This document shows positions 37,275 through 46,952 of a DNA stretch of 64,000 bases, piece after piece. This stretch comes from a virus (taxonomy: Duplodnaviria; Caudoviricetes). The notes beneath the pieces were generated by a model that saw nothing but the letters and a program-made list of their open reading frames with translations, ran no database searches and was not told the origin of the DNA. The stretch lies in IMG/VR virus record IMGVR_UViG_2897059268_000002, positions 15,728 to 79,727 of that record; one strand, given 5' to 3'. The position numbers and the translations under genes were made by a program. How positions within the stretch are numbered: the stretch's first letter is position 1; every line of letters begins with the position of its first letter.

Positions 37275-37483
37275 GGCGCTGGCCGGCCAGGCAGGCAGCA
37301 GGGCGAGGTCGCAGTGGTCACGTGCGAGGTGATCATGCGATTGGTGATCAAGGTTCGACGAAGAAGATCGAATCTGAATCGAAGATCAAGAAGCGAAGAT
37401 CAAACACAAGCCGACCGAGACAACGCCCTCGCCCGCATCGGCCGACCCCAGGGCAAACCTCAAGACCCCAAGGCAGCCAGCCG

Positions 37484-37560
37484 GCCCCGGGGGGTGACCC
37501 CCTCCCGGCGATCTTCAGGGATCGGGGCCGTATAGCACCTGACCCTGCCTACGGGTTTCC
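37484..37560 (+). other. Candidate cos (packaging) site; possible 3' overhang CGGGGCCGTA at 37523-37532
   Basis: GGGGGGTGACCCCCTCCC...CGGGGCCGTA-TAGC...TACGGGTTTCC just upstream of terS; strand composition flips here. Confidence 0.6.
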
Positions 37561-37676
37561 TAGGCCCCACCTGCCCTTTCTCCGAGCCTCCCTCGGCTGC
37601 CCTGGTGGCGGCTGCTGGCTGGCTCATGTCATCTGCCCGCGCGTCCTGGTGGCGCCGCTAGACCCTGGAGGTCGTC

Positions 37677-38114
37677 ATGGGCACTCGTGGACCCATTCCC
37701 AAGAGGAGCGAGGAGCGCCGGCGCGCCAACAAGGACGACGGTCCCGCTCTGATTCAGGCCCCTTCTGGCGGGCCGGCCGATGTGCCGGATCTTCCTGAGC
37801 CGGATGCACTGTGGCATCCGATTGCAGCGGACTGGTACCTGTCTCTGCGTGAGTCGGGGCAGGCGGCGTTCTATGAGCCGTCGGACTGGGCGGTTGCCCG
37901 GTATGCGGCGCACGTGATGTCGCAGGTGCTGCTGTCGGAGCGCGGGCCGAACGGTCAGCTGGTCGCGGCGCTCAACTCGGTGATGTCGTCGCTGCTGACG
38001 ACCGAGGGGGACCGGCGGCGGGCCCGGATGGAGCTGGAGCGCAAGAAGCCTGACGGCCCCATGTTGGCGTCGGTGAGCCCGCTGGATTCGTACCGTGACA
38101 TCGCGGGGGGCTGA
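37677..38114 (+). CDS. Terminase small subunit
   Basis: GPIPKRSEERRRAN...WHPIAADWYLSLRESGQAAFYEPSDW...LLTTEGDRRRARMEL. Confidence 0.9.
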   Translation: MGTRGPIPKRSEERRRANKDDGPALIQAPSGGPADVPDLPEPDALWHPIAADWYLSLRESGQAAFYEPSDWAVARYAAHVMSQVLLSERGPNGQLVAALNSVMSSLLTTEGDRRRARMELERKKPDGPMLASVSPLDSYRDIAGG

Positions 38115-38115
38115 C

Positions 38116-38367
38116 GTGGTCAAGTACGTGGTCTGTGCGGGGAGCCAAGGTGAGGCGCAGGCGTGGGCCCGGGTTCACGGCATCCCGCAGCAGCAGTGCC
38201 TGTATGCCAGTTCGCTGCGAACGATCGAGGGACTCCGAGACTTTGCCGTGGTCCGGTTGCGCGGCTTCTTTGACCGGAAGGACCGTGACGACATCGAGGC
38301 GTGCCTGCTCCGTAATGAGCTGAAGCGCCGATCGCCGCTGCGCGACAGTTGCGGCGATGGAGACTGA
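38116..38367 (+). CDS. Small hypothetical protein between the terminase subunits
   Basis: 83-aa ORF filling the gap and overlapping the terL start. Confidence 0.5.
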   Translation: MVKYVVCAGSQGEAQAWARVHGIPQQQCLYASSLRTIEGLRDFAVVRLRGFFDRKDRDDIEACLLRNELKRRSPLRDSCGDGD

Positions 38368-40102
38368 GGAGCAGGTCCCCGACGTTGTCGAACCCTTCAT
38401 TCTCGGCCCGACGTGGAAGCGCGGCCCGGATGGCAGGTTCGTGCTGCCGGAGTACACGCTGGGCTGGCATGCGCTGGCATGGACGCGGACGTATCTGCAG
38501 CACTATGTCGGCAGGCCGTGGCAGTACACCCCGGAGCAGGCGCGTTTGACCTTGTGGTGGTACGCGATGGACCCGGTGACGAACCGGTTCCTGTGGCGTG
38601 ACGGGGTGCTCCAGAGGTTGAAGGGCTGGGGCAAGGACCCGGTCAAGGCGACGTGGGCCGGTTTCGAGTTCGTTGGGCCGTGCCGGTTCGACAGGGTGGC
38701 GGATGAGGGCAATGAGTGGGGTGTCCCGCCGGGGCAGCCGCTTGGCGTGCAGCATCCGGCGGCGTGGGTTCAGATCGCGGCGGTGTCGCAGGATCAGACC
38801 CGGAACACGATGACCTTGTTCCCATCGATCTTCACGAAGCGGGCGATCGAGGAGTACCGGATCGACCTCGGCAAGGAGATCATCTACGCCGACAAGGGCC
38901 GGGCCCGCATGGAGGCCGTGACCAGTTCCCCGCGAGCCCTGGAGGGCGGCCGGCCGACGTTCACGTCTATGGGGGAGACGCACCACTGGCTGGAGTCGAA
39001 CTCCGGCCACGAGATGGCCGCGGTCATCGAGCGCAACGCGACGAAGTCGGCGGACGGGCAGTCCCGGACGCTGGCGGACACGAACGCTTTCGAGCCCGGC
39101 GAGGACTCGGTGGCCGAGCGGACCCGGGACGCCTACGAGGCCGTCGAGGCGGGCCGGGCGGCAGACACTGGCCTGTTCTACGACTCGCTGGAGGCTCCGC
39201 CTGAGGCGAAGTTGACGGAGGCGTGGATCGAGCCGACACTGCGGGCTGTCCGCGGCGACTCGACGTGGCTGGACATCGCGCGGTTGAAGTCGTCAATCCT
39301 CGACACTCGTAACCCGCCGAGCCGCAGCCGGCGCTTCTGGTACAACCAGATCGCCGCGGCTGAGGACGCGTGGATGGCCCGCTACGAGTGGGATGCCTGC
39401 AAGCGTGAGGATCTGGGACTGTCGGATGGCGACGAGGTCGTCATGTTCTTCGACGGGTCCAAGAGCGACGACGCGACCGGGCTGTGCGCTTGCCGCATGT
39501 CGGATGGTCTGGTGTCGACGCTGGGTGTGTGGCAGAGGCCGCCGAACTGGCCCTCGCCGGAGACGCCCGGCTACGTGCCGTGGCAGGTGCCGCGTGAGGG
39601 CGTCGACGGTGCTGTGCAGAACGCTTTCAATCGGTTCAAGGTGTTGGCGTTCTTCGCTGACCCGGGGTCGGGGCAGGACGAGGACGGCGAGATGTACTGG
39701 GATGCCTTCCTAGACCGCTGGGGGCAGTCCTACGGCAAGAAGCTGCTCCTGCGGGCGGTGGTGTCGGGTCCAAAGGCCCACGCGGTCCGCTGGGACATGC
39801 GTGACCGCCGGAATCAGGAGACGTTCACCGACGCGGTGAAGCGAACCCGCGAGGACATCTTGCAGCGACAGCTGTTCCATGACGGCCACAAGGTGATGCG
39901 CACCCACGTGATCAACGCCCGTCGGCGGACGAATGCGTGGGGGGTCACCATCGGTAAGGAGCACCGCGAGTCGGCCCGGAAGATCGACCTTGCGATCTGC
40001 ATGATCGGGGCCCGGATGCTGCGACGCACTGTCCTGAACAGCCCGAAGAACCAGAAGCGCACCACTGCGCGCGGCAAGGGACGGGTGGTGGTGCTGCGAT
40101 GA
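38357..40102 (+). CDS. Terminase large subunit
   Basis: RLKGWGKDP Walker A, IAAVSQDQT, GETHHW, FDGSKSDDATG, KIDLA. Confidence 0.96.
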   Translation: METEEQVPDVVEPFILGPTWKRGPDGRFVLPEYTLGWHALAWTRTYLQHYVGRPWQYTPEQARLTLWWYAMDPVTNRFLWRDGVLQRLKGWGKDPVKATWAGFEFVGPCRFDRVADEGNEWGVPPGQPLGVQHPAAWVQIAAVSQDQTRNTMTLFPSIFTKRAIEEYRIDLGKEIIYADKGRARMEAVTSSPRALEGGRPTFTSMGETHHWLESNSGHEMAAVIERNATKSADGQSRTLADTNAFEPGEDSVAERTRDAYEAVEAGRAADTGLFYDSLEAPPEAKLTEAWIEPTLRAVRGDSTWLDIARLKSSILDTRNPPSRSRRFWYNQIAAAEDAWMARYEWDACKREDLGLSDGDEVVMFFDGSKSDDATGLCACRMSDGLVSTLGVWQRPPNWPSPETPGYVPWQVPREGVDGAVQNAFNRFKVLAFFADPGSGQDEDGEMYWDAFLDRWGQSYGKKLLLRAVVSGPKAHAVRWDMRDRRNQETFTDAVKRTREDILQRQLFHDGHKVMRTHVINARRRTNAWGVTIGKEHRESARKIDLAICMIGARMLRRTVLNSPKNQKRTTARGKGRVVVLR

Positions 40103-41541
40103 CCGTTTCCATCCCCGAGCTGCCGCTACTGCATCTGTCGGATGACGAGATGGCCCTGATCCAGGTGCTGCGCGCGGACATGATGCGTGACCGGTGGGCG
40201 TTGCAGTTGCGGGACGCCTACTTCAACGGCGAGCAACTCGTGCGCGACCTGGGCATCAGCATCCCGCCGCAGCTCAAGGGCCTGCACACGGTCATCGGCT
40301 GGCCGCGGGTGGGTGTGGAGTCGCTGGAGGAGCGCCTGGACCTGGAGGCGTTTCGGTGGGCGGACGGCAGGGATTCGTCGGAGCTGTCGGAGATCGCCGA
40401 GGCGAACGACCTGTTCGACGAGTCGTCGCTGGCCCACCTGGATGCGCTGGTGTACGGCCGGGAGTACCTCGCGGTCGGTTCGGGCACAGATGACTACCCG
40501 CCGCTGATCACTGCCGAGTCTCCGTTGGACATGACGCTGATGTGGGATGCCCGTCTCCGGATGGGCACGGCTGCTCTGCGCGAGTGCGCGGCCGACGCCT
40601 TCGTCGAGTCGGGCCCCGAGGAGCGGATGCTGGTCTTGTACCTGCCGGATCAGACGGTGATGTGCCTGCCGTCGCAGTCGGGCGGGTGGGAGGTCATCAA
40701 CCGGGACCGTCACAGGCTGGGTGTGGTGCCGGTTGTACGGATGGCGAACCGCCAGCGCACCGCGGACCGGGTCGGCAAGAGCGAGATCACCCCTGAGGTC
40801 ATGTCGATCACGGATGCGGCTTGCCGCCGGCTGATGGGTATGGAAGTGGCTGCCGAGTTCTTCGGGGCTCCGCAGCGCTACATCCTTGGCGCGTCCGAGT
40901 CGGCGTTCCAGGACGCCGAGGGCAACCCCCTGGACGCGTGGGCGACCTACATCGGCCGTGTGCTGGGTCTGGAACGGGACGAGGACGGCAACGTCCCGAC
41001 GGTCGGACAGTTCGCCGCCCACGACCCGACGGGCATGACCCGGATCATCGACTTGTACGCCCGGATCATGTCGTCGCAGTTCGGCCTGCCACCGCACATG
41101 CTCGGCTACACCACGGACAACCCGGCGTCGGCGGACGCGATCCGGTCGACTGAGGCGAAGCTCGTGAAGCGGTCCGAGCGCCGCATTCGGCGGTTCGGCC
41201 GGGCGTGGCAGGACGCAATGCGGCTGGCCCTGTGGGTTCGGGACGGAGAGCCCCCGGAGGCGTCACGCCGTATCGAGACGGTGTGGCGGAACCCGGCGAC
41301 GCCGACGGTTGCCGCGCAGGCGGACGCCACGGTCAAACTCGTCTCAGCGGGAATCCTGCCGGCGGACTCGGACGTCACACTGGAGATGGCTGGCCTGTCC
41401 GAGGGGCAGCGGCAGAGGGTCCGCGCGGACCGCCTGCGGGCTCGTGGCGCGGCGGTTATGGACCGTCTGGCCGCCCTGGGCCAGGCTGAGGACGGGGCGC
41501 AGTCTCCGGAGGTCGTCGATGGCGACGTCAGTCTCGGATGA
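40099..41541 (+). CDS. Portal protein (SPP1 gp6-like)
   Basis: Follows terL; ALVYGREY, GKSEI, EFFGAPQRYILG, NPASADAI, WRNPATPT. Confidence 0.93.
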   Translation: MTVSIPELPLLHLSDDEMALIQVLRADMMRDRWALQLRDAYFNGEQLVRDLGISIPPQLKGLHTVIGWPRVGVESLEERLDLEAFRWADGRDSSELSEIAEANDLFDESSLAHLDALVYGREYLAVGSGTDDYPPLITAESPLDMTLMWDARLRMGTAALRECAADAFVESGPEERMLVLYLPDQTVMCLPSQSGGWEVINRDRHRLGVVPVVRMANRQRTADRVGKSEITPEVMSITDAACRRLMGMEVAAEFFGAPQRYILGASESAFQDAEGNPLDAWATYIGRVLGLERDEDGNVPTVGQFAAHDPTGMTRIIDLYARIMSSQFGLPPHMLGYTTDNPASADAIRSTEAKLVKRSERRIRRFGRAWQDAMRLALWVRDGEPPEASRRIETVWRNPATPTVAAQADATVKLVSAGILPADSDVTLEMAGLSEGQRQRVRADRLRARGAAVMDRLAALGQAEDGAQSPEVVDGDVSLG

Positions 41542-42274
41542 CAATGCGGGCGCCCGGCGGCAGCGGCAGGTGCAGCGCGGGCTGTCGCGCCTGCTGGTGC
41601 GGGATGTGCGCAAGCTCCGGCGCCTGATCATTCCGTCGAAGTTGCAGGAGACGGTTCCGGACTGGATCGAGGCTGTGCGCACCGTGGTTGGCGAGTACGG
41701 GAACGCCTCGGCTGCGGCTGCCGCTGACTTCTACGAGGCGGAGCGGGTCGCTGCCGAGGTGACGGGCCGGTTCACGGTTCCGCTGCTCGACCCGCCGCCG
41801 GATGAGCAGGTCAACAACAGCCTCCGATGGGCCACGAAGGACCTGTGGCCGCGTGACCCGAACGACCCCAAGACCACCGTCGCCCAACGCGCCCCGCTGG
41901 AGGCCCGGCTGGATGCGGCGGAGAAGAAGGCCGAGGGGGTTGCACAGAAGCTGGTCACGGACCAGGGGAGGGGCACCGTGCAGGCCGCGGTCCGGCAGGA
42001 CCGTATGGCCGTCGGCTACGCCCGCGCCGCGGCCCTGGGCGCTTGCGCGTTCTGCAAGCTCCTCGCAGCCCGCGGCATGGTCTTCAAGCGGGACACCGCC
42101 GACTTCCGGGCTCACGACGGCTGCAACTGCGGCGTGATCCCGGTGTTTCGCGGGCAGCGGTTCGAGCTGTCCGCCCATGCGCAGGAGTGGGACCGGTTGT
42201 ACCGCGAGTACGCCGCCCCGTTTCCGGGTGATCAGTTGCGCCGGTTTCGGCGTGCGATTGCCGAGCACGGCTGA
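41519..42274 (+). CDS. Head morphogenesis (MuF-like / capsid maturation) protein
   Basis: ACAFCKLLAARG...AHDGCNCGVIPV; position after portal. Confidence 0.8.
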   Translation: MATSVSDDNAGARRQRQVQRGLSRLLVRDVRKLRRLIIPSKLQETVPDWIEAVRTVVGEYGNASAAAAADFYEAERVAAEVTGRFTVPLLDPPPDEQVNNSLRWATKDLWPRDPNDPKTTVAQRAPLEARLDAAEKKAEGVAQKLVTDQGRGTVQAAVRQDRMAVGYARAAALGACAFCKLLAARGMVFKRDTADFRAHDGCNCGVIPVFRGQRFELSAHAQEWDRLYREYAAPFPGDQLRRFRRAIAEHG

Positions 42275-42353
42275 GGCCGCTGCTCACTGATTGACGTGGT
42301 CGCCCTGGTGGCGGCCTTTCTCATTTCGACAGCCCCTGGAGGGCCGATTCGTC

Positions 42354-43007
42354 ATGCCTGAAGAGACCGTAAGCACCGAGCAGCAGCAGGCCGAGACCGG
42401 CACCGAGGAGACCGTCGAGGATACGGCGCCCGAGGAGAGCGGTGCGGAGTCCACGGAGGACGCCCAGGAGGCGACAGCCGAGGACGAGAAGCCGTTCGAC
42501 CGGAAGGTGGCCGAGGCGAAGATCCGGAAGGCGAACTCGGAGGCAAAGAACCTTCGCGAGCGCCTGAAGAAGCTGGAGCCGGCCGCAGCCGAGCTGCAGC
42601 GGATCAAGGACGCCGAGAAGACAGAGTCCGAGCGCCTCAACGACCAGCTGGCCCGTGCCAACGAGCAGATCACCAAGACGCGCGAGCGGCTGGCGAAGGC
42701 TCGCGTGCAGGCCTTGGCCGGTGTCGCGGCCGATGAGCGGCCAGCATTCACGGATCCCGAGGACGCGGTCGGTGCGCTCGACCTCAACTCGTACATCGAC
42801 AGCGATGGCGACATCGACGAAGCGGCCATCGAGGCCGACCTCCAGGCGCTGCTACAGCGCAAGCCGCACTGGGCGCGAGTCCAGCCCCAGGAGGGCCCGC
42901 GGCGCCCCGCGCCGGACCGCACACAGGCGTCCGGCGCCAACAAGACCAGGCCCCCCGCCCCTGGCGACGAGTTCGCCGGGTGGCTCACACCGCAGCTCAA
43001 GCAGTAG
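42354..43007 (+). CDS. Capsid scaffolding protein
   Basis: Acidic N-terminus, coiled coil KIRKANSEAKNLRER, located before the capsid gene. Confidence 0.85.
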   Translation: MPEETVSTEQQQAETGTEETVEDTAPEESGAESTEDAQEATAEDEKPFDRKVAEAKIRKANSEAKNLRERLKKLEPAAAELQRIKDAEKTESERLNDQLARANEQITKTRERLAKARVQALAGVAADERPAFTDPEDAVGALDLNSYIDSDGDIDEAAIEADLQALLQRKPHWARVQPQEGPRRPAPDRTQASGANKTRPPAPGDEFAGWLTPQLKQ

Positions 43008-43028
43008 CTGCGGAGAAGGTAGGACCCC

Positions 43029-43982
43029 ATGGCTACGGCCCCGATCAAGCTCTCTGACGTTCACGCGTCACTCCTCCCGCGAACGCTGGCGGGACCCATC
43101 TTCGAGAAGTCGGTCGAGCAGTCGGCGGTGATGGCGCTGGCACGCCCGGCCCCGCTGGCCATCGACGCAACCACGTCTGTTCCGATCCCGATGGACGTCC
43201 CGACGGCCGACTGGGTCGGGCAGGCGCAGCGCAAGCCGCTGTCGTCCGGCAGCGTCGGCATCAAGGAGATGACCCCGAAGAAGATCGCCGTTCTCATCCC
43301 GGTCGCCGAAGAGGTCGCCATGACCAACGCGGGCGGCCTGTGGACGCAGCTCCAGCGCGACCTGCCGACCGCGTTCGCGAGGGCGTTCGACCACGCAGCG
43401 ATCCACGGCAAGACGATGCGCGGCGCGACCGGCCCGTTCGCTGAGTACCTGGCGATGACGTCGCAGAGCGTCGCACTGGGAACTACGTCGCAGGGCCAGG
43501 GCGGAATCTGGGGTGACCTGGTCAAGGGCATGGAGCATGTCATTGACGAGGACTGGGACTACACCGGCACCGTCGCCGACCACCGCCTCAAGCCCAAGCT
43601 GCTGCTGGCGACGGACACGACGGGCCGGCCGATCCTGGTCGACACGCAGACCCCGGGCAACGACCAGGCTGCGGCGGGAACGCTGATCGGGGAGCCGCTC
43701 GCGTACTCCCGCAGCGTGTCGGGCAAGCAGCGCCGCCAGTCGGCATCGAGTGACTCGGGCCTGCGGGCGATCGGCGGCGACTGGTCCCAGGCTGCCTACG
43801 GGGTCGGCATGGACATCACCGTGCGGATCTCGAAGGAAGCGACCTACGTCGACGAGGACGACAACGTCGTGTCGGCGTTCCAGAACAACCTGGTGCTCCT
43901 GCTCGCCGAGGCGTACTACGGCTACGTGCAGGGCGACGCGGACGCGTTCGTCAAGTTCACCGGCACCCCGAGCGGTTCCTGA
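43029..43982 (+). CDS. Major capsid protein (HK97 fold)
   Basis: SAVMALA, ADWVGQ, KKIAVLIPV, AFDHAAIHG, GDWSQ, FQNNLVLLLAE. Confidence 0.93.
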   Translation: MATAPIKLSDVHASLLPRTLAGPIFEKSVEQSAVMALARPAPLAIDATTSVPIPMDVPTADWVGQAQRKPLSSGSVGIKEMTPKKIAVLIPVAEEVAMTNAGGLWTQLQRDLPTAFARAFDHAAIHGKTMRGATGPFAEYLAMTSQSVALGTTSQGQGGIWGDLVKGMEHVIDEDWDYTGTVADHRLKPKLLLATDTTGRPILVDTQTPGNDQAAAGTLIGEPLAYSRSVSGKQRRQSASSDSGLRAIGGDWSQAAYGVGMDITVRISKEATYVDEDDNVVSAFQNNLVLLLAEAYYGYVQGDADAFVKFTGTPSGS

Positions 43983-45013
43983 TGGCCGCGGTCCCGGCCT
44001 CCGCGCCGGGCGGGACCGCCAAGCCGCTGTCGATCGTGGCCCGCGTCCATGCGATGCCCCCGGAGCACAATGCGGGCGCCGAGCACATGCTTGTGTCGAT
44101 GCTCCGGCCGCTGGTCGAGCGTGGGCATGACGTGCAGGTGTGGCTGTCTCGCTATGGCGGGGCCCACAAGGAGTACGAGTACCGCGGTATTCGGGTCATC
44201 CCGCTGGAGTCCCGCCTGGACTTCCCGACCGCGGTCCGCCGGGCGGACGCCTTGGTGGCGCATCTGGAGACGGTGCCTTCGACGGCGTCGTTGGCCCGCG
44301 GGTATGGGGTGCCGTTGGTAGTGGTGTGCCACAACACGCACCGGCCGACGTTCCGGGACATGGCCGCGGGGGGCACTGCTCTGGCGGTGTACAACTCGCG
44401 GTGGATGGAGCGGGAGGCGGAGGTCTTCTTCGCCGAGTTCCCGAAATCCGTGCGCCCTGAGAGCAGCCTGATCGTGCGTCCGCCGGTGTTCGCCGAGGAC
44501 TACGCGACGAAGCCCGGTAAGGCGATCACGCTGGTCAACTGCAACCCGGAGAAGGGCGGCAAGGTTCTGAAGGCCCTCGCCGAGAAGATGCCGGATCAGC
44601 AGTTCCTGGCCGTGAAGGGCGCCTACGGGGAGCAGATCCTCCCGGACCTGCCGAACGTGGAGATCGTCGATCATGTTCGCGGGGAGGACATGCGGGAGCG
44701 GGTCTACGCCCGCACCCGCGTCCTGCTGATGCCGTCCTCCTACGAGTCGTGGGGCCGGGCCGGCGTCGAGGCGTTGGCAAGCGGTATCCCAGTGGTGGCT
44801 CACCCCACGCCGGGGCTCACGGAGTCACTCGGCGAGGCCGGAATTTTCGTGGACCGCGAGGATCTCGACGGATACGAGGCGGTTCTCCGCAAGCTCCTCA
44901 CCGCACCGGAGTACCGGCTGGCCAGCAAGCGGGCGAAGGCCCGGTCTGTGGAGCTGGATCCGGCCGCCGAGTTGGCGGAGTGGTGCACTGCGATCGAGGG
45001 CCTGGCCCGCTAG
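43982..45013 (+). CDS. Glycosyltransferase family 4 (GT-B)
   Basis: AGAEHM N-terminal motif, KGG, ESWGRAGVEALASGIPVV (EX7E). Confidence 0.9.
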   Translation: MAAVPASAPGGTAKPLSIVARVHAMPPEHNAGAEHMLVSMLRPLVERGHDVQVWLSRYGGAHKEYEYRGIRVIPLESRLDFPTAVRRADALVAHLETVPSTASLARGYGVPLVVVCHNTHRPTFRDMAAGGTALAVYNSRWMEREAEVFFAEFPKSVRPESSLIVRPPVFAEDYATKPGKAITLVNCNPEKGGKVLKALAEKMPDQQFLAVKGAYGEQILPDLPNVEIVDHVRGEDMRERVYARTRVLLMPSSYESWGRAGVEALASGIPVVAHPTPGLTESLGEAGIFVDREDLDGYEAVLRKLLTAPEYRLASKRAKARSVELDPAAELAEWCTAIEGLAR

Positions 45014-45022
45014 GAGGTCATC

Positions 45023-45430
45023 GTGGCGTTCGTGTCCCCGACCGCTGAGCAGCTGGGCATGTACCTGGGCATGGGGGAGATCGACGGCGACCGGGCTGAT
45101 CTGCTGATCCAGCAGGCGGTGGCCCTGGCCCAGTCGGTGGTCAGGCCGCTCCCGGATGACGCGTCGGCTGTCGTCCTGTCGGTGGCTGGCCGGGCCTATG
45201 TGAATCCGCAGCAGGTGTCTTACGAGACGATCGGACCGATGTCGGTGCAGCGGCCGACTGGGTCGGGCGGTCTGTACCTGACGAAGGCCGACAAGGCGGC
45301 GCTGAAGAGTCTCGCGGGCCGTGGCGGTGCGTTCACTGTGGATCCGACGCCGGCTTCGGCTGATCCGTCTCCGACGTGGCCGCTTGACGAGGCCGTCTTC
45401 GGTGACGGGTTTGAGCCGGGGTGGTCGTGA
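45023..45430 (+). CDS. Head-to-tail adaptor
   Basis: VVLSVAGRAYVNP...ETIGPMS...GGLYLT; synteny. Confidence 0.8.
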   Translation: MAFVSPTAEQLGMYLGMGEIDGDRADLLIQQAVALAQSVVRPLPDDASAVVLSVAGRAYVNPQQVSYETIGPMSVQRPTGSGGLYLTKADKAALKSLAGRGGAFTVDPTPASADPSPTWPLDEAVFGDGFEPGWS

Positions 45431-45792
45431 TGCCTGCCCCATATCCGTATGGGGAGACGGTGCGGATCCTGCGCACTGGGACGTCTCCCGGTCGGGATCC
45501 CCGCGGCCAGCCGCTGCCGGGCCCGGACGAGTCGTTCGATCTCGTGGGCTGTGTGGTGGCTCCTCGGGCGGAGACTCCGCAGGTGGGCGGGGACCAGCAG
45601 CAGGCGCGGGACACGGTGATCGTGGGGTACACCGTGTACGCCCCGCCGGGCAGCGTGGTCCGCACGACGGATCGGGTTCGGATCCGTGGCGAGACGTGCG
45701 AGATCACCGGGTTCCCGGGCGACTGGGGTCGCAGTCCGTTCACCGGGACGGCCGGCCCTGTGCAGTTCGCTGCGGACCGGGTGACCGGGTGA
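45430..45792 (+). CDS. Head-to-tail stopper
   Basis: DPRGQP...TVYAP...TDRVRIRGETCEITG...W; synteny. Confidence 0.8.
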   Translation: MPAPYPYGETVRILRTGTSPGRDPRGQPLPGPDESFDLVGCVVAPRAETPQVGGDQQQARDTVIVGYTVYAPPGSVVRTTDRVRIRGETCEITGFPGDWGRSPFTGTAGPVQFAADRVTG

Positions 45793-45796
45793 CCGG

Positions 45797-46117
45797 TTAG
45801 CTGCGGGCCTGCTCGACGGCTGCCATCAGCATCGCCGCACCGTCGTTGGCGCTGTACCGGATGGAAAGGCTGTGCGGGTCGGATTGGGGTGGTCGCCCAC
45901 CTGCCATGAGGCCCCTATCCTCGGTGGCGGGTGCGCTGCCGGGGAGCACGAACTGCATGTAGCCGTGGAACAGCCTGGTGGCCGGCTTGAGCCGGGTGCC
46001 GGTGACGTCGGCTGCGCGGATACGGAACTGGCGCTCCTGCTGGCCGACTTCCTTCTTGGTGATGGTGATCCATTCGCCGTCGAAGGTGACGCTGCCCATG
46101 ACGCCTTTGACGTCCAT
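45797..46117 (-). CDS. DUF4429-like protein inserted antisense in the head-tail operon
   Basis: KGVMGSVTFDG...I...VTG...KPA...GYMQF...DPHSL. Confidence 0.7.
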   Translation of the reverse strand: MDVKGVMGSVTFDGEWITITKKEVGQQERQFRIRAADVTGTRLKPATRLFHGYMQFVLPGSAPATEDRGLMAGGRPPQSDPHSLSIRYSANDGAAMLMAAVEQARS

Positions 46118-46145
46118 GCTGCCCCCTGCGTGAGTCGAGGTGGTC

Positions 46146-46478
46146 ATGATGCCCGCGAAGTTCAAGATGTCCAAGAAGGGCGTCGGGCAGCTCCTCCGGT
46201 CTCGGATGATCCAGGCGGACATGCTGGGCCGTGCCGAGGCGATCGAAGATGCGGCCATCGCGATTGCCCCTGTCGGTGGCCCGTCGGATCCACACCCTGG
46301 CCGGTACAAGGCTGCCTTCAAGGTGACGACCACGACTCGTGGTGGCCGCCGCAAGGACCGCGCGACGGCGACGGTGACGAACTCGGCGTACTACGCCCGG
46401 TGGGTGGAGTACGGCACCGAGAAGGTCACAGCGCACCACGTGCTGCTGCGGGCTGCTCAGGCTGGCGGTGGTCGCTGA
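46146..46478 (+). CDS. HK97 gp10-like tail completion protein
   Basis: APV...GRYKAAF...YARWVEYGT...LLRAA. Confidence 0.85.
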   Translation: MMPAKFKMSKKGVGQLLRSRMIQADMLGRAEAIEDAAIAIAPVGGPSDPHPGRYKAAFKVTTTTRGGRRKDRATATVTNSAYYARWVEYGTEKVTAHHVLLRAAQAGGGR

Positions 46479-46879
46479 TGGCCGGCGTTGGATCCGTCGA
46501 CATTGAGCTCGACCTCATCGAGTGGCTCCAGGCGAAGGCCGGGCCGAACGTGGTCGTTCGCGACGAGGTCGACAACAACCTCTTGACGGAGCTGCCGACT
46601 ATCCAGGTGCAGCGCCTTCCTGCTGGAAGCGACGACGGGTTCCGGGTAGATCGGGCGCTCGTCGATATCGACGTCTACGCAGCCACCAGGGGCGACGCGA
46701 TTGCCCTGGCCCTGCTTGTGCGTGGCTGGCTACTGACCCAACTGCGCGGGGCGTCCACTTCGCGTGCCGTATACGGGCGGGTCAGCTCGTCGCCACCGCC
46801 TGCAATTCGCCCCTACGAGAACACAGGGCTCCGGCGCGCCGGGGCCACCTACGAGATCTACTCGCACCCGGTCTCCTGA
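46478..46879 (+). CDS. Tail terminator protein
   Basis: LPTIQVQRL...DRALVDIDVYA; synteny. Confidence 0.8.
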   Translation: MAGVGSVDIELDLIEWLQAKAGPNVVVRDEVDNNLLTELPTIQVQRLPAGSDDGFRVDRALVDIDVYAATRGDAIALALLVRGWLLTQLRGASTSRAVYGRVSSSPPPAIRPYENTGLRRAGATYEIYSHPVS

Positions 46880-46952
46880 CCGTCCTTTGGGGCCCGCGCC
46901 GCGCCCTTCTGTCCCGCCCATGCGCGGGCTCGTCCATGTCTGGAGACTCATC

